A stretch of 64,000 bases of DNA. Origin: Octopus bimaculoides (lineage: Eukaryota). The notes beneath the pieces are model-generated. The model worked only from the letters and a program-made list of their open reading frames with translations, was not told where the DNA came from and did no database searches. Position 1 is the first letter of the stretch. Every line of letters begins with the position of its first letter. Positions 1 through 11,594 of this stretch are shown here, piece after piece. The translations under genes and the position numbers were made by a program. Location of the stretch: positions 140,225,915 to 140,289,914 of the forward strand of contig NC_068981.1 of assembly GCF_001194135.2 (NCBI RefSeq). Reading direction: 5' to 3'.

Positions 1-109
1 ACCAAACACATTTGGTATTGAAATTCGGAGTAGTAGCTGCTCTACTTGGTGCACCTCCATTATCTCCGAGCTACGCACTATATCAGGGTTGCTCTTGTGA
101 CCTTTAAAG

Positions 110-400
110 GGATCCCATTTCTACAGCAGCTCCTGCAACTACTGCACTTCATTCAGCTTCTTGCCTTCCATCACTTATGAAAACGGCTCTGTGTTACTTG
201 AAATTTCTCCACCTGCTTCAGTGGAACTCACTCACATATAGATTGCATTGCACCGGCTTCCTTGAGAGGACGAATGTCTCAGCCGTTGCAGCACTGGTTT
301 TCGTTCCTGCCGAAAAGCACTCGACCGCAAACCTATCAAGTGCAGATCAGAAATCACCTTCCGACGAGACGAGTGGTATCCGCAGTGCTGTTAGAGACAG
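110..400 (-). mobile_element. Degenerate RTE-clade LINE reverse transcriptase fragment
   Basis: Minus-strand translation with stops/frameshifts gives SEGDF*SALDRFAVECFSAGTKTSAATAETFVLSRKPVQCNLYV...LKQVEKFK*HRAVFISDGRQEAE, matching the RTE RT motifs downstream of YADD (LDRFAAEC, VLSRKP, QVEKFKYLG). Confidence 0.75.
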
Positions 401-854
401 TAAAAGCGTCCATATGCAATATAAAAGACTATATCATTACATATACATATGTGTAGGTATGTTCGTATGTATGCATGTACACATGCATTCATACATATAT
501 GTATATAATCAAACACATTAGCAATTGCGCACTCACATATACATTATGTATCTTAAAAGCATGCTTTGAGGTGTTTTCTTCTTTGAAACGGCCTGAAATA
601 TTATATAAACTCTGCTATTTATTGCCTCGTGATCATTACATTTTGCAATCTTAATTCTAAAGTCTATGAATAAAGACACATGACTGTCTATATGCGTGTA
701 TTCATTTCTGCATACATACATGAATACATGCATACATAAATATATGTCTTTGTGTTTATGTGTGTGTATAATACACACATATACACGTATATCAATATAT
801 GTACAAGCACGTAACTAACTGTGTCTGAGTGTTGCAATGTGTGTGCGCCTTTTG

Positions 855-910
855 TCTCTCTCTCTCTCTCTCTCTGTATATATATGTGTGTGTGTGTATG
901 TGTGTTTGTA
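855..910. repeat. Compound microsatellite (TC)n(TA)n(TG)n
   Basis: Direct reading of the sequence. Confidence 0.9.
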
Positions 911-1111
911 ATTTAATGTGAAATATGAACAGATGTCATAATTGTAGGCAGTCTTTTGGATTTGGTGAGTATGCCAAGTCGTAGGAGTTGTTAGATTTTT
1001 GAGTCAGTTGTCAGTTGATGGCTACAGTGTTCACTGTAGTACGGTAGACCACCAGTATTATTCCTGTTCCCCTTAATACTTTATCGTTCATATATTTAAT
1101 GATTGCTTTTA

Positions 1112-1329
1112 CATCTAGCGCAAGGCAAGCAATTTCAGGGGTAGGACTAGGTCAGTTATATCGACTCCAGTGAGCACTAGAGTACTTACTGAGTTCTTAT
1201 ATTATCGGACCCGAAAGGATGAAATGCAAAGTTGACATCGGTGGCATTTGAAATCAGAACGTAAAAACAGATAAAATACCGCTAAGCATTTTGCCTGGTG
1301 TCCTAATGATTCAGTCAGTTTGCCGCTTT
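1112..1329 (-). mobile_element. tRNA-derived SINE, family A, diverged
   Basis: Reverse complement AAGCGGCAAACTGACTGAATCATTAGGACACCAGGCAAAATGCTTAGCGGTATTT...GTTCTGATTTCAAATGCCACCGATGTCAACTTTGCATTTCATCCTTTCGGG aligns with the copies at 4.3, 28.0-28.6 and 51.3-51.5 kb; degenerate B box. Confidence 0.85.
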
Positions 1330-1344
1330 AGTAAAACTATAAAT

Positions 1345-1930
1345 ACACCAATATCTCACTTGCCGACGACCCGCTTTATGAAGCCCCGGGTTTACGAGTT
1401 TTATTTTTTAATCAGAAGATACAAATTTTAAACGAAATGCAAAAGTTTATAATACCATAACAAATGCTTCTGTGTGTTACCGAGAAAGTTATAGAGAGCA
1501 AAAATAAGTTTCTTTTAAGCAAACAACTCTGAATTGTTTATTAAAAAGAAATCTACAAGTCCGTGTACGTGTGCTTGTGAATTGACGATCGCATCTGTTT
1601 GTGAGTGGGCGATGGGGTGCGCGAGTCGAATGTAGGTAATTTTTACACCGGAAATTCCGTCACCGGTTTTTCAGAAAACGATAACAATAATAATATCTTT
1701 ATTATAAATGATCTTTCAAATCTTGTTACTTTACATAAAATATTTATTACATTCTACTGTTGTTTCATTGTCATTTATTTACGAGTATTGTAAATTTTAT
1801 AGGTAAAATATTTTTTTACGGACAATTTATAACATTGCTACTATGGGGGTGGGGTTGCGCTGTTTTACGATTTTTCGCATTACGAGCGGTCTCTGGGAAC
1901 AAATTGCCTCGTATACCGAGGCATTACTCT
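1345..1930. mobile_element. Possible Tigger/pogo-like non-autonomous DNA transposon remnant
   Basis: Right end TTTTTCGCATTACGAGCGGTCTCTGGGAAC...CCTCGTATACCGAGGCATTACTCTA resembles Tigger-type termini; the left end near 1345 matches it only about 11/20; CpG-rich interior. Confidence 0.35.
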
Positions 1931-2566
1931 ATTGTCTTTTCCCTCTCTGTTGTAGTCTATATCATTATAATTATTGTTAATCTTTGCTACTACTACACCT
2001 TCTGCATTTGCCACTTCTAATATTACCGCTCCTGCCACCATCACTACGACTAGAACAACTGCCTCTTGAACTACTGCCACCATACAACTATTATTACAGG
2101 AATAAAAACTACTGCTACTGCTATTAGTACTACTACACAAACTTGCCCTGTTCAATGAACCACTCCTTGAAGCCTTAAGTCTTCCGACTCATTGTATTCT
2201 TCAAATAATGTGCCAGAAGGATAATGAAGAGATAATGAAGAGAGGAAGAAAGAAGTGATATATGAAACACAGCTGATCCCAAATATCACTGACAACTGAC
2301 CGGTTAGGCGCACCCAACTAGAGCGAATGACCAATACCAATAAAAACAAAAACAACAGAAACGATAAACGTATCGCTGTATTTTTGAGAATTTTCATAAT
2401 CAGATGAATTTTTTGTCAGTGAGCAGGTCGCAGTTTCTAGCGATAAAAATGCTGACACCATATAACAAATAAACGTCTAAGTGAAGTTGACGCTCTTTGT
2501 GTATTTCTAAATGGCTAATTCACGTCTTCGACACGGCAATCACTATCTCTCCTCCTCCGTCTTTCG

Positions 2567-2611
2567 GACAGTCTGATGAGAGCTAAGCAGGCCGAAACTA
2601 CAGTCGATACT
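2567..2611 (+). ncRNA. Degenerate type I hammerhead ribozyme motif (PLE-type)
   Basis: CTGATGA (2573-2579), stem II GAGCT-AAGC-AGGCC with 2 mismatches, GAAAC-TACA-GTC (2594-2605), then AATAAA at ~2625. Stem I does not pair cleanly. Confidence 0.45.
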
Positions 2612-2689
2612 ATTGATAAAAAGCAATAAATATGTACTCACCAAGAAAATCGAAATTGCTTTTACCATAACTTGACATAAAAAACCTAT

Positions 2690-2708
2690 TTATATGTATG
2701 TGAGTGTA

Positions 2709-2760
<52 letters not shown>
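2690..2760. repeat. (TG)n microsatellite
   Basis: Direct reading. Confidence 0.95.
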
Positions 2761-2761
<1 letters not shown>

Positions 2762-4264
2762 TTATAGAGAAGCAAGCGTGAAAAAGACTGGGAAAGCGCA
2801 GAATGAAAGGAAGTTCTAAATGTGATATAATTTGTCAAATCACTTTGACAAATATAAAGGTAAAAACAGACTTATCTCTCCTTTAACTTGTTTCCAGCTG
2901 ACCACCATTTGACCATCGGAGTATTATTTGACTGCAAAATTAGACGTTTATACTAAATAATTACTAAATGTAGAATAAGTACTGTGGTCAAATTGATCTT
3001 ATGACGCCCTTAAAGAGATAGCAAAATATGACGAAAGACTTCAGTTTATATACTAGAGACCATAAAAATATAAAATCTGCAGCGGATTTGAAATATATTA
3101 GACTTCATCGACAGGTACCCGAAATACTAGAAATAATACTGATTAACGGCTTGTCTTTAAAGATATCCTTAGTTTTCTATGTTATTTGATTGTACATTAA
3201 ATCTATATAGCTGAATACTGTGACTTAATATATCCTGTGTGAAAATAGAATTATTTAATATGACAACGAGAGAAACCAATTTCACAAGACCAAATGAAAA
3301 CTGGCTTCTGTCGATGTGAATAAGCAGAAGTAAAATATAATGTCATAGGCGTCAAATAATCTACCGCCAGAATGTCTATCGCATGTAAATAAGATATTAT
3401 TGAAAAAGACCGTAAAATATCCTGTTAGGGTAGCTATTACAAGTAAATCTTTCTAAATATTTTCCAAACAAAATAAAGCTTGTCAATTTAGATAAAAATG
3501 CTTTATTTATTTCTCATTATTTGCTTTCGCTTATTGCTATCGTTATTATTATTGCCATTATTATTACTATTACTACTATTATTATATCGCATATAAATGA
3601 ACAGTTATCTATTTATGACCTATCGTGCCATATAATATATCGTATTTCAGTATATGACGTTTAGATTGTAAATCATATACATATGGGTCCTACAAGTTCC
3701 GCACAGAAAGGAAAAAAAATATGTTCGATTGGTCTTTCACTGGTACTAAAATGAATTGCTCATCGCTTTCAAGACCTCTCTATTTTAAAATGTTCTATTT
3801 ATAAAAACTTAGAAAGTCATAATTTCTAATTGTATGATGTTCCTTGCATTCATCTGTACTTCTAGCATAATAATACTGATACAGAGTAAAAGAATATCCT
3901 ATGTAAAATATTTTCGTTGGTTAATGTTACAAACAACTTGTTATCTTCAAGCAGTTTTCATACCATTTTCCACGCACTTACAGACTTCGCATCGACTGTG
4001 GATCGTTATGAAGAATGAAATGAATGTCCTACCGTTATTGCAACAAATAATGGCATATAGTAACGCATTTTTGTCTGATTTAGTTCAGCCTAGACCAAGT
4101 AGACCTATAGTTAAAGACAGATTGCTTAGATCTTCAAGTCTGCCTGGAATGACATAATCCAGTTTGTCTAATTTTATGAAATGTCTAGAGATTGATCCGT
4201 GATATGAATGTTTATGAATGTATTTATCGGGAATAGTTTACTACCGTTCGTACATCAGCACTTG

Positions 4265-4468
4265 GTTTCAAATTTTCGCACAAGTTCAGTAATATCGAGT
4301 GAGTCTGTGAGTCGATTACATCGACCCTAGTACTTAGCTGGTACCGATTCCAAAGAGATAAAAGGTAAAGTCGACTCTGCTGGAATTTTAACTCGGGAGT
4401 TGAAGACGGAGGAAATGCTGCTGAGCATTTTCACCGGCAAGCTAACGATTCTGTCAGCTCGCTACCTT
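4265..4468 (-). mobile_element. tRNA-derived SINE, family A
   Basis: Reverse complement AAGGTAGCGAGCTGACAGAATCGTTAGC...CGAGTTAAAATTCCAGCAGAGTCGACTTTACCTTTTATC matches the other family A copies. Confidence 0.85.
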
Positions 4469-4993
4469 GCGCTTACCTCTTATATGTATAAAGTTGCTGA
4501 TATCTGCATAGAAGAAAATTAATAATACTTATGTATGGTTTATGATATATTTCTGAATGCAATTTAAAGTATTTTACGTAAGGAACGTGATGATAAAAAT
4601 ATTGCAAATTCTAGTTACGTGAAAAAGATTGTGAATAAGAATGCAGATTTATTTGATATTCATTTTGTGCATTTTAATTTTTTTATCATCTCCTCCAATA
4701 TTTCAATGGTTAACCGAAATGAAATAGACGTTAAACCTCACCTAGATTCATACAGTGTTTGATTTCCGGAACATTATATCAAATATATGCTTTGTCTGTA
4801 TTGTTTCATTGGTGTGATGTTAATAGATTATTGTTGACAGGTCAAGATTTGTGTGTGAAAACATTTGCTCTCTAAAAACATACATGGTTTTCGCAGTTCG
4901 GCTAATTATTGATTCAGTATATAACAAGTCGCAAAAGTTTTCAGATTTATATTTAGTATTTATCCCAATTTCACCAAGACACATCGATAGTTA

Positions 4994-4994
4994 A

Positions 4995-5066
<72 letters not shown>
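4994..5066. repeat. (CA)n microsatellite abutting an assembly gap
   Basis: Direct reading; N run 5067-5569. Confidence 0.95.
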
Positions 5067-5569
5067 NNNNNNNNNNNNNNNNNNNNNNNNNNNNNNNNNN
5101 NNNNNNNNNNNNNNNNNNNNNNNNNNNNNNNNNNNNNNNNNNNNNNNNNNNNNNNNNNNNNNNNNNNNNNNNNNNNNNNNNNNNNNNNNNNNNNNNNNNN
5201 NNNNNNNNNNNNNNNNNNNNNNNNNNNNNNNNNNNNNNNNNNNNNNNNNNNNNNNNNNNNNNNNNNNNNNNNNNNNNNNNNNNNNNNNNNNNNNNNNNNN
5301 NNNNNNNNNNNNNNNNNNNNNNNNNNNNNNNNNNNNNNNNNNNNNNNNNNNNNNNNNNNNNNNNNNNNNNNNNNNNNNNNNNNNNNNNNNNNNNNNNNNN
5401 NNNNNNNNNNNNNNNNNNNNNNNNNNNNNNNNNNNNNNNNNNNNNNNNNNNNNNNNNNNNNNNNNNNNNNNNNNNNNNNNNNNNNNNNNNNNNNNNNNNN
5501 NNNNNNNNNNNNNNNNNNNNNNNNNNNNNNNNNNNNNNNNNNNNNNNNNNNNNNNNNNNATATTTAAGA

Positions 5570-5743
5570 GATGAGGAATTATGTACATTATTTACATTTG
5601 ACGGATATTTGTCCTCATCTTGTTTGTTGTTAACACAACGTGTCGGCTGATATACCCTCCAGCCTTTATCAGGTGTCTTGGGGAAATTTCGAACCTGGGT
5701 TCTCATTCCAAAGGTACTTTTCAATGTTGTTGTTGTTCTTGTA

Positions 5744-5777
<34 letters not shown>

Positions 5778-5996
5778 TTGTTGTTGGTGTTGTTGTTGTT
5801 ATTCAGGTCATATGGAGTAGTNNNNNNNNNNGTTGTTGGTGTTGTTGTTGTTATTCAGGTCATATGGAGTAGTGGAAAAGAGCGCGGGCTACTAACCCCA
5901 AGATTCCGAGTTCGATTCCAGGCAGTGTCGTGAATAATAATAACAACAACAACAACAACCATAATAATGATAATAATAATAATAATAATAATAATG

Positions 5997-6036
<40 letters not shown>

Positions 6037-6062
6037 TAATAATAATAACATTGACGTTGGAA
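5570..6062. mobile_element. tRNA-headed, hammerhead-tailed short element, copy 1 (minus-strand tail 5570-5862, plus-strand head and simple repeat 5861-6062)
   Basis: Plus-strand A box TGGAGTAGTGG (5865-5875), anticodon-like arm GGG-CTACTAA-CCC, B box GAGTTCGATTCC (5908-5919), then (AAC/AAT)n. Minus-strand tail with a hammerhead motif is highly similar to 62955-63270. Confidence 0.8.
5632..5677 (-). ncRNA. Minimal type I hammerhead motif, core mutated
   Basis: Reverse complement GACAC-CTGATAA-AGGCTG-GAGGGTATAT-CAGCC-GACAC-GTT-GTGTT; two core substitutions relative to the intact copy at 62969-63014. Confidence 0.7.
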
Positions 6063-6579
6063 AAAGCAGCATGTGCACACTATAAGTTCTAATTGACTAT
6101 AAACTCTGTATCCAGTGGTTTTCTAGATCGCGTTATGACAGTGGGAAATCATAAAACACTCTGACGAACACTATATCAACTTTTGTGTGAAACTGGGCTC
6201 AGTTTTATCATGTACTGTCCTCACCTTAGTTGTCACCGATTTAACTGCTGTCAGTTATCTTATGCAACCACCATCCACAAGGGATGTAGACACCTCTTGG
6301 AGTATCTGCAAGGACACCATGACCACGAACATAAAGGACAACCTACAACAGGCTGATGATAATGTCGTTTCATTCGCAGATTAAAACTCAATCATTACAT
6401 ATGATCGCAGTTCTGTGTGTCCGAAGAACATGAAGATATGTGGTACTCCTTCAAGTGGCTATGTAAACCGATTCTTAGGGCTTTTCTTCCTGCTTACGCT
6501 TAATTATTTTAAAATGAGACCCAGTCTGCGCAATCCGCTGCCTCTTTTTAGACTTGTAGGTCTGACCACAGTGGCTTAG

Positions 6580-6790
6580 CAACCTAAGACGGCTTCTTTG
6601 CAGTGACGAAGAGCTCCATAAACCCTGGAGTTACGGGATGACAAAGAATGCATCGAACCACTTGAGAGACTTTACTCTTCGACTTGCCGTAGAAGTTGAT
6701 TCCACCCAAGCCTTTTCCTTTACCAAGGCACTCACAATGTAGTGAGGGTTTGTGCTTGGAGCGTCTTCCATAAAATGCTAATTCACTCAT
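6580..6790 (-). mobile_element. Possible L1/Tx1-like ORF2 fragment
   Basis: Translation AFYGRRSKHKPSLHCECLGKGKGLGGINF loosely resembles the post-RT LPKEKGGLG motif; highly degraded. Confidence 0.3.
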
Positions 6791-6935
6791 AGCTGGGACC
6801 CTGACAAGTGCTACTACTCTCAGTCAGGGTAGAAGTGCGAACAATAGTTGCTAAGAGGTGGTTCCAACTTCTCAAAACCTTTGGACTCCCGAATTAGGGC
6901 CTCACTACGGTATGCAGTTCAAAGCCATACGAACA
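6790..6935. repeat. Unclassified interspersed repeat fragment
   Basis: GCTGGGACCCTGACAAGTGCTACTACTCTCAGTCAGGGTAG...GCAGTTCAAAGCCATACGAACACACC resembles a repeat recalled from octopus DNA; only one copy here. Confidence 0.3.
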
Positions 6936-8669
6936 CACCATTATATATATCAGAAATAATCTATCTAATCATGAGCCGATGCATTAGTTTCAAATTCTAT
7001 CCTTCATTATTCCAAGTATTATTCTGTGATAGTAAACGATCATCCTTATCAAAGTAAAGATTCCAACTGAAATGCAGCCTTTCTCTTCGGTACATGAAGA
7101 TAATTCTGCACTTATCCATGAAATATTATGCATCAATTAAAACTATCAAGTAAGTAGTTCCAGAAACACAGACACATGAACCACATCAAGAGAAAAGTTA
7201 TTCGACTTATCTAAAAGCAGCAATATCAAATAAGTATTTTTCTATCACTACAAAGAAATCTTTCAGTCAGGTTTGCATTAGTGTTGTATATTTTGTTTGT
7301 TGTTTAGTTAAGTTTGCATATGCTGGAAAATGTTTTAAAAAGAAAGCTTCAAGTAGAAACTAAAATCACTTCGCATTTTCAGGTTACTTGATGTTAACGC
7401 CGTACGTAAAACATTTGTTACTTTTGACAATTTCCTGTATGTTGAAAGAAGAAAAAATAGTTCTATCCTTTTGTTATTTAAGAATGAGGTTAACAAAAGT
7501 TTTGTAGTGAGATGCCGTTAAGAAGGTACTGAGGTTTTATTGTAAACTAAATTTTTTGTACATTTAATAAGAAAATAATATTCTGCCGATTGTTAGGTTT
7601 GTAAGGACACTAGAGCTTCTGCATTGGTTTATTTGTTCTGGTTATTGCATACTGAATTCTAATTTCGGCATATTTGAGATGACCAGTAAGCTTCACCGTC
7701 AACTAGTTTAGCACCACATCCGAGTTTTTTATGGAATGTAACTTGGTCAAATCTTTAGTTTAACGGTACCTTCCCCTTTCCGCTCAACTAGTCTTTGTGG
7801 ACATGAAATACAAAGCTAGTACTTCGATAATACTTATTTAGTCAACCCAAAATATATTTAAGAAAAAAATACAAAGCAAACCTTGGTTGGATTTGAAGTC
7901 AAAACGAGTTGGTACGCAACTAAAAAGATGCAAATTACAGTGTTAGACCCTCCACCAAACCTGTTAATCCACAGCGTTTCGAAAAAACCGTTGCTATTGT
8001 TATCGTAAAATATTAATCAAATTTAACATCATACCATTAACAAATTCATTGATTTGTAAAGAAAGGCTAGTCTAGTTTATTTTGTTTTCCCTCGAACTAT
8101 GTGTAACGTATTCCACATCAAAGAGTTAATCGCCAGCCACTGGAAATGAGCGTATTGCGAACAGCCTGGGATTAGATAAAGTTCTGTTTGAAATTTACAT
8201 ATGCTTATAATCGCTTCAAAATTACATTAAGAAATTAATAATACATGCAGAAGGAAAATCTCCACGGAAACACTGACTGACTGATATGAAAATAGGATAA
8301 ACGGTTCAATAAGCACAAACTTACCAAAAACGTAAAAAAAAAATATAACAAAAACAAAGAAACAGCAAAAAAAAAAAACAAAAAAAAATAAAACTAACTA
8401 AATAACTACTGAGACTTACGAACGATTCGTCATATGCAAATACATAGTTAATATTACACGAATATTATATATTCTTTCTGCACACACACACATACACACA
8501 CGCACACACACAGAGAGAAAAGCGCATTCTCACACATTTACAAATATATGCTTATCTCACTTCGTCTCCCTGTATCAGTTTGTCTCAGCTACTCTACATA
8601 CATCTCTCTTGGTTTCATTTTTTCTAGCTGTACATTTCCACTCTCACATACATGCATGCGCGCACACAT

Positions 8670-8712
8670 ACACACACACACATATATATATATAGACACA
8701 TTTATATATACA

Positions 8713-8787
<75 letters not shown>

Positions 8788-8819
8788 GAATATATATATA
8801 TGAATATATATATATATGA

Positions 8820-8852
<33 letters not shown>

Positions 8853-8930
8853 TCCATCTTTCTATTTATCTATCTATATATATGTATATACACGCAAATA
8901 CACACACACACGCATATATATGCACATATA
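8670..8930. repeat. Compound (CA)n/(TACA)n/(TA)n microsatellite block
   Basis: Direct reading. Confidence 0.95.
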
Positions 8931-10113
8931 TAAATGCATATTCGTATATATGTACACAGGTTTATATATGTGTGTGAGCGTGGGTGTGTTTGTGTGAGAC
9001 TGTGTTGTTATGTTTGAATGTGTATTCATATATCTGTATATGAAAGAATGTATACACATAGATACATACATATACAACAATCTGTGTGAGATAAAAATAC
9101 GTTTACGCCAATATTAGTACTAGATATGATATTTCCTGACGGCAGAATGACTATAAGCTTATTAAATGTGCCAAGAAGACATTCATGCTAAATGTCTGTT
9201 ATAAGATGAGATTAAATTATTTAATCCCCAAATCCTGAAACTTTTTCATTTATGTCTTTTAAGTTAGAGAACATTTTACTTCAGATTGATGTCGTTTTGC
9301 TGTTTCTATGTAATGAAGCTGGAAACAAGATAGTATGAAAAGAAAGTAGAGATAGAAAAAAGATCCATATGTACGCAATACTTCCTATAAAGTAGAGTAT
9401 CTTTCTAATAGAGATACAAAGGTTTCTCTCTCTCAATAGAATTAAAAATGTTTAAAGCTGACTTTTCGAAAATGTTGCTTTCTATTACTGTTCTACTTAC
9501 AATTTAGAATTGGAAAGTGCATGTTAGTAAGTCATGCCCTTCCTCCGGCTCTAAATCACTGTTCTTTGGGATTATTCAACAGAGAAGTTCCTTATTGACA
9601 TTTTGTCTTTTGAATAGATAGACTAACCTGAGAAGATTCAGGATTCAAAATGTCTCTAGAGACATTAATTTTCTTATTGCTTGGAAATATAGGATTTCAA
9701 ATGAAGAGAACCTAGTTTCTATAACTGCACATAATCTTTTCTTTCCTGTCTGAAAATACTGCATCAAGCATTATGGTTGCACTTCGAGCATTTTATAGAC
9801 TTGTCTCATCGATCTGTCCTGTGATGGGATATATGTCTGTATGTATGTATGTATGTATGTATGTATGTGTGTGTGAGTGTATGTATGTGTGTGAATGTAT
9901 GTATGTGTATATGTGTGAATGTATGTATGTATGCATGTATTTAATTATTCAGCTTTATTTCAAGACTTCTTGGCAATAAAGAAAGAGCCAGTTTCTAACT
10001 TAGACCCAATGCCACTTCATCGAAATTTTAATAGGATATTTTCGCTTGCATGTATACATGTGTGTATATGTGTATGAGTGTATGTATGCATGTATGTATA
10101 TATATATATATAT

Positions 10114-10613
10114 ATCTTCTAGAAGATTAAAGATTATAAACTTGCCACCCACTTTCGCATCAATCAACATTGCAATCGTGGTATCTTTCAATTTGTGCAC
10201 ATCAAACCTAATAAGTGTGTTTCTTTCATTGTAGGACCTTTTCTGCTTGAGCCTCATTGTCATTATGACGAAATCCTGATTACAGATGACATCCATACTA
10301 CGGAACGTCATAGTGCTGGTCCTGTTGATGGTGTACTTGAAATTTTGTGATGCGAACATGAAGCCTAGTTATTTGTGAGTCCTGGGTGCGTGCCATGTTT
10401 CGCGCAATGTTTTGTGTGGGAAGATTGTGTACGTTAGTTTCAGTTTATGATTGCTAGCAAATTCTAAGAGTCGCAGTCCAAACTGTTTCACTGTCCCTGC
10501 CCCTTGCTTATATGCATCCGGGCCTGATTTGGCGTTCCCGTGTCCTAAGACATTCAGTACACATTTTTGGGAGCTGGTCTGGTGATTTTCTCGAATTCCT
10601 CTTAGAATTCCTC
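10114..10613 (-). mobile_element. RTE LINE AP-endonuclease C-terminal part (inverted 5' segment)
   Basis: Translation VLNVLGHGNAKSGPDAYKQGAGTVKQFGLRLLEFASNHKLKLTYTIFPHKTLRETWHAP...FASQNFKYTINRT...DFVIMTMRLK...IRFDVHKLKD...GGKFIIFNLLED matches RTE APE motifs (GDWNAKVG, GLRLLEFA, TWH, SDHDLV). Confidence 0.9.
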
Positions 10614-11390
10614 AACGACATCAATATCATAGAAAATCTCTGACAGACACAATCAAGGAAGCACTTCAGGAAATGGCTCTAAAATTATTTGGGAGAAGAA
10701 GGGAAAATGAACCGTGGGTCGCTGATGACACCTTGAATGTGATTTAAGAAAGAAGCTGAGGAAGACTAAGCTAAAGAGACAAGGGACAAAATAGCAATAG
10801 AATAATGTGAATAGGAAGATTAGGAATAAAATGAAGGGATGCAAAGAGAAATGGATGGCAGGTTCATCGAGGCTAGAATAAAGAAGGTCACCCATGATAC
10901 CCGTTCTCATGAAAGGCAACTTATTATTATAGAACAATCAGCCTACTTAGCTACTACAGCAAAATATTGTTAAGTGCTCTGCTAAACAGACTTAACGGTG
11001 GAAAGGTAGAAAAAAAATCATTGCAGGAGAAAAAACAGGAGTTAAAGCCAAAACAAGTACTGTGGAACAAATATTAAACATTAGACCCCTCACTGAGAAA
11101 TATCTAGCAACATCAATCTGACCTCTATCATAATTTTTGGACTTTGAAAAGGTCATTCACCATATTTGGCAGGAGATGAAGAATTGCAGCTTCGACAACC
11201 CACCTCATCGAAGTAATCCAACCAGCGTTGGAAATCTGAAGCAGTGTAGTTCCCCTGAACAAGAACATCAAAGACTTCTTCAGGACAACAGTTGATGTTA
11301 GACAAGGAATCCTCTTTCCAATACTTTTCAACATCTTCCTATAGAACATCATGCAGGAGACACTCCAAGACCTCCACCATTCTCCAGAGC
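10614..11390 (+). mobile_element. RTE LINE linker and reverse transcriptase fragment, internally deleted and 3'-truncated
   Basis: Translation TDTIKEALQEMALKLFGRRRENEPWVADDTL...YRTISLLSYYSKILLSALLNRL...TVEQILNIR...FLDFEKVIHHIW...DFFRTTVDVRQGILFPILFNIFL gives RT domain 1-4 motifs. Confidence 0.9.
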
Positions 11391-11594
11391 ACAATTCAGT
11401 GAAAGCGAAAGGGAGGCAGTCAGAGAAGCGCCTGTTTTCACAATGTCATGGATTGCACAGGTAACAACACAGCGACCCTGATTCACATGACAGAGAATAG
11501 ACACCAGTGATAATGCCTAACTACGAAAGCGCCAAGAATGGCACCCGAACGAGTGGTCACGTCAGTTAAGGGATATTTATGATGATGATTCTAT

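Noticed and set aside
1560-1720. CpG-rich promoter-like stretch with CCGGAA and AG|GTAATT
   Set aside because: It lies within a probable DNA transposon remnant and there is no independent gene evidence.
3834-4157. 107-aa ORF and possible exon at 3981-4157
   Set aside because: No recognisable domain; splice signals on both strands give no consistent coding model.
5780-5873. 42-bp duplication GTTGTTGGTGTTGTTGTTGTTATTCAGGTCATATGGAGTAGT
   Set aside because: The identical copies flank a 10-N gap, typical of unmerged overlapping contig ends.
5861-5930. Functional tRNA gene
   Set aside because: No proper acceptor stem, it continues into a simple repeat, and it is part of a dispersed element; treated as a SINE head.
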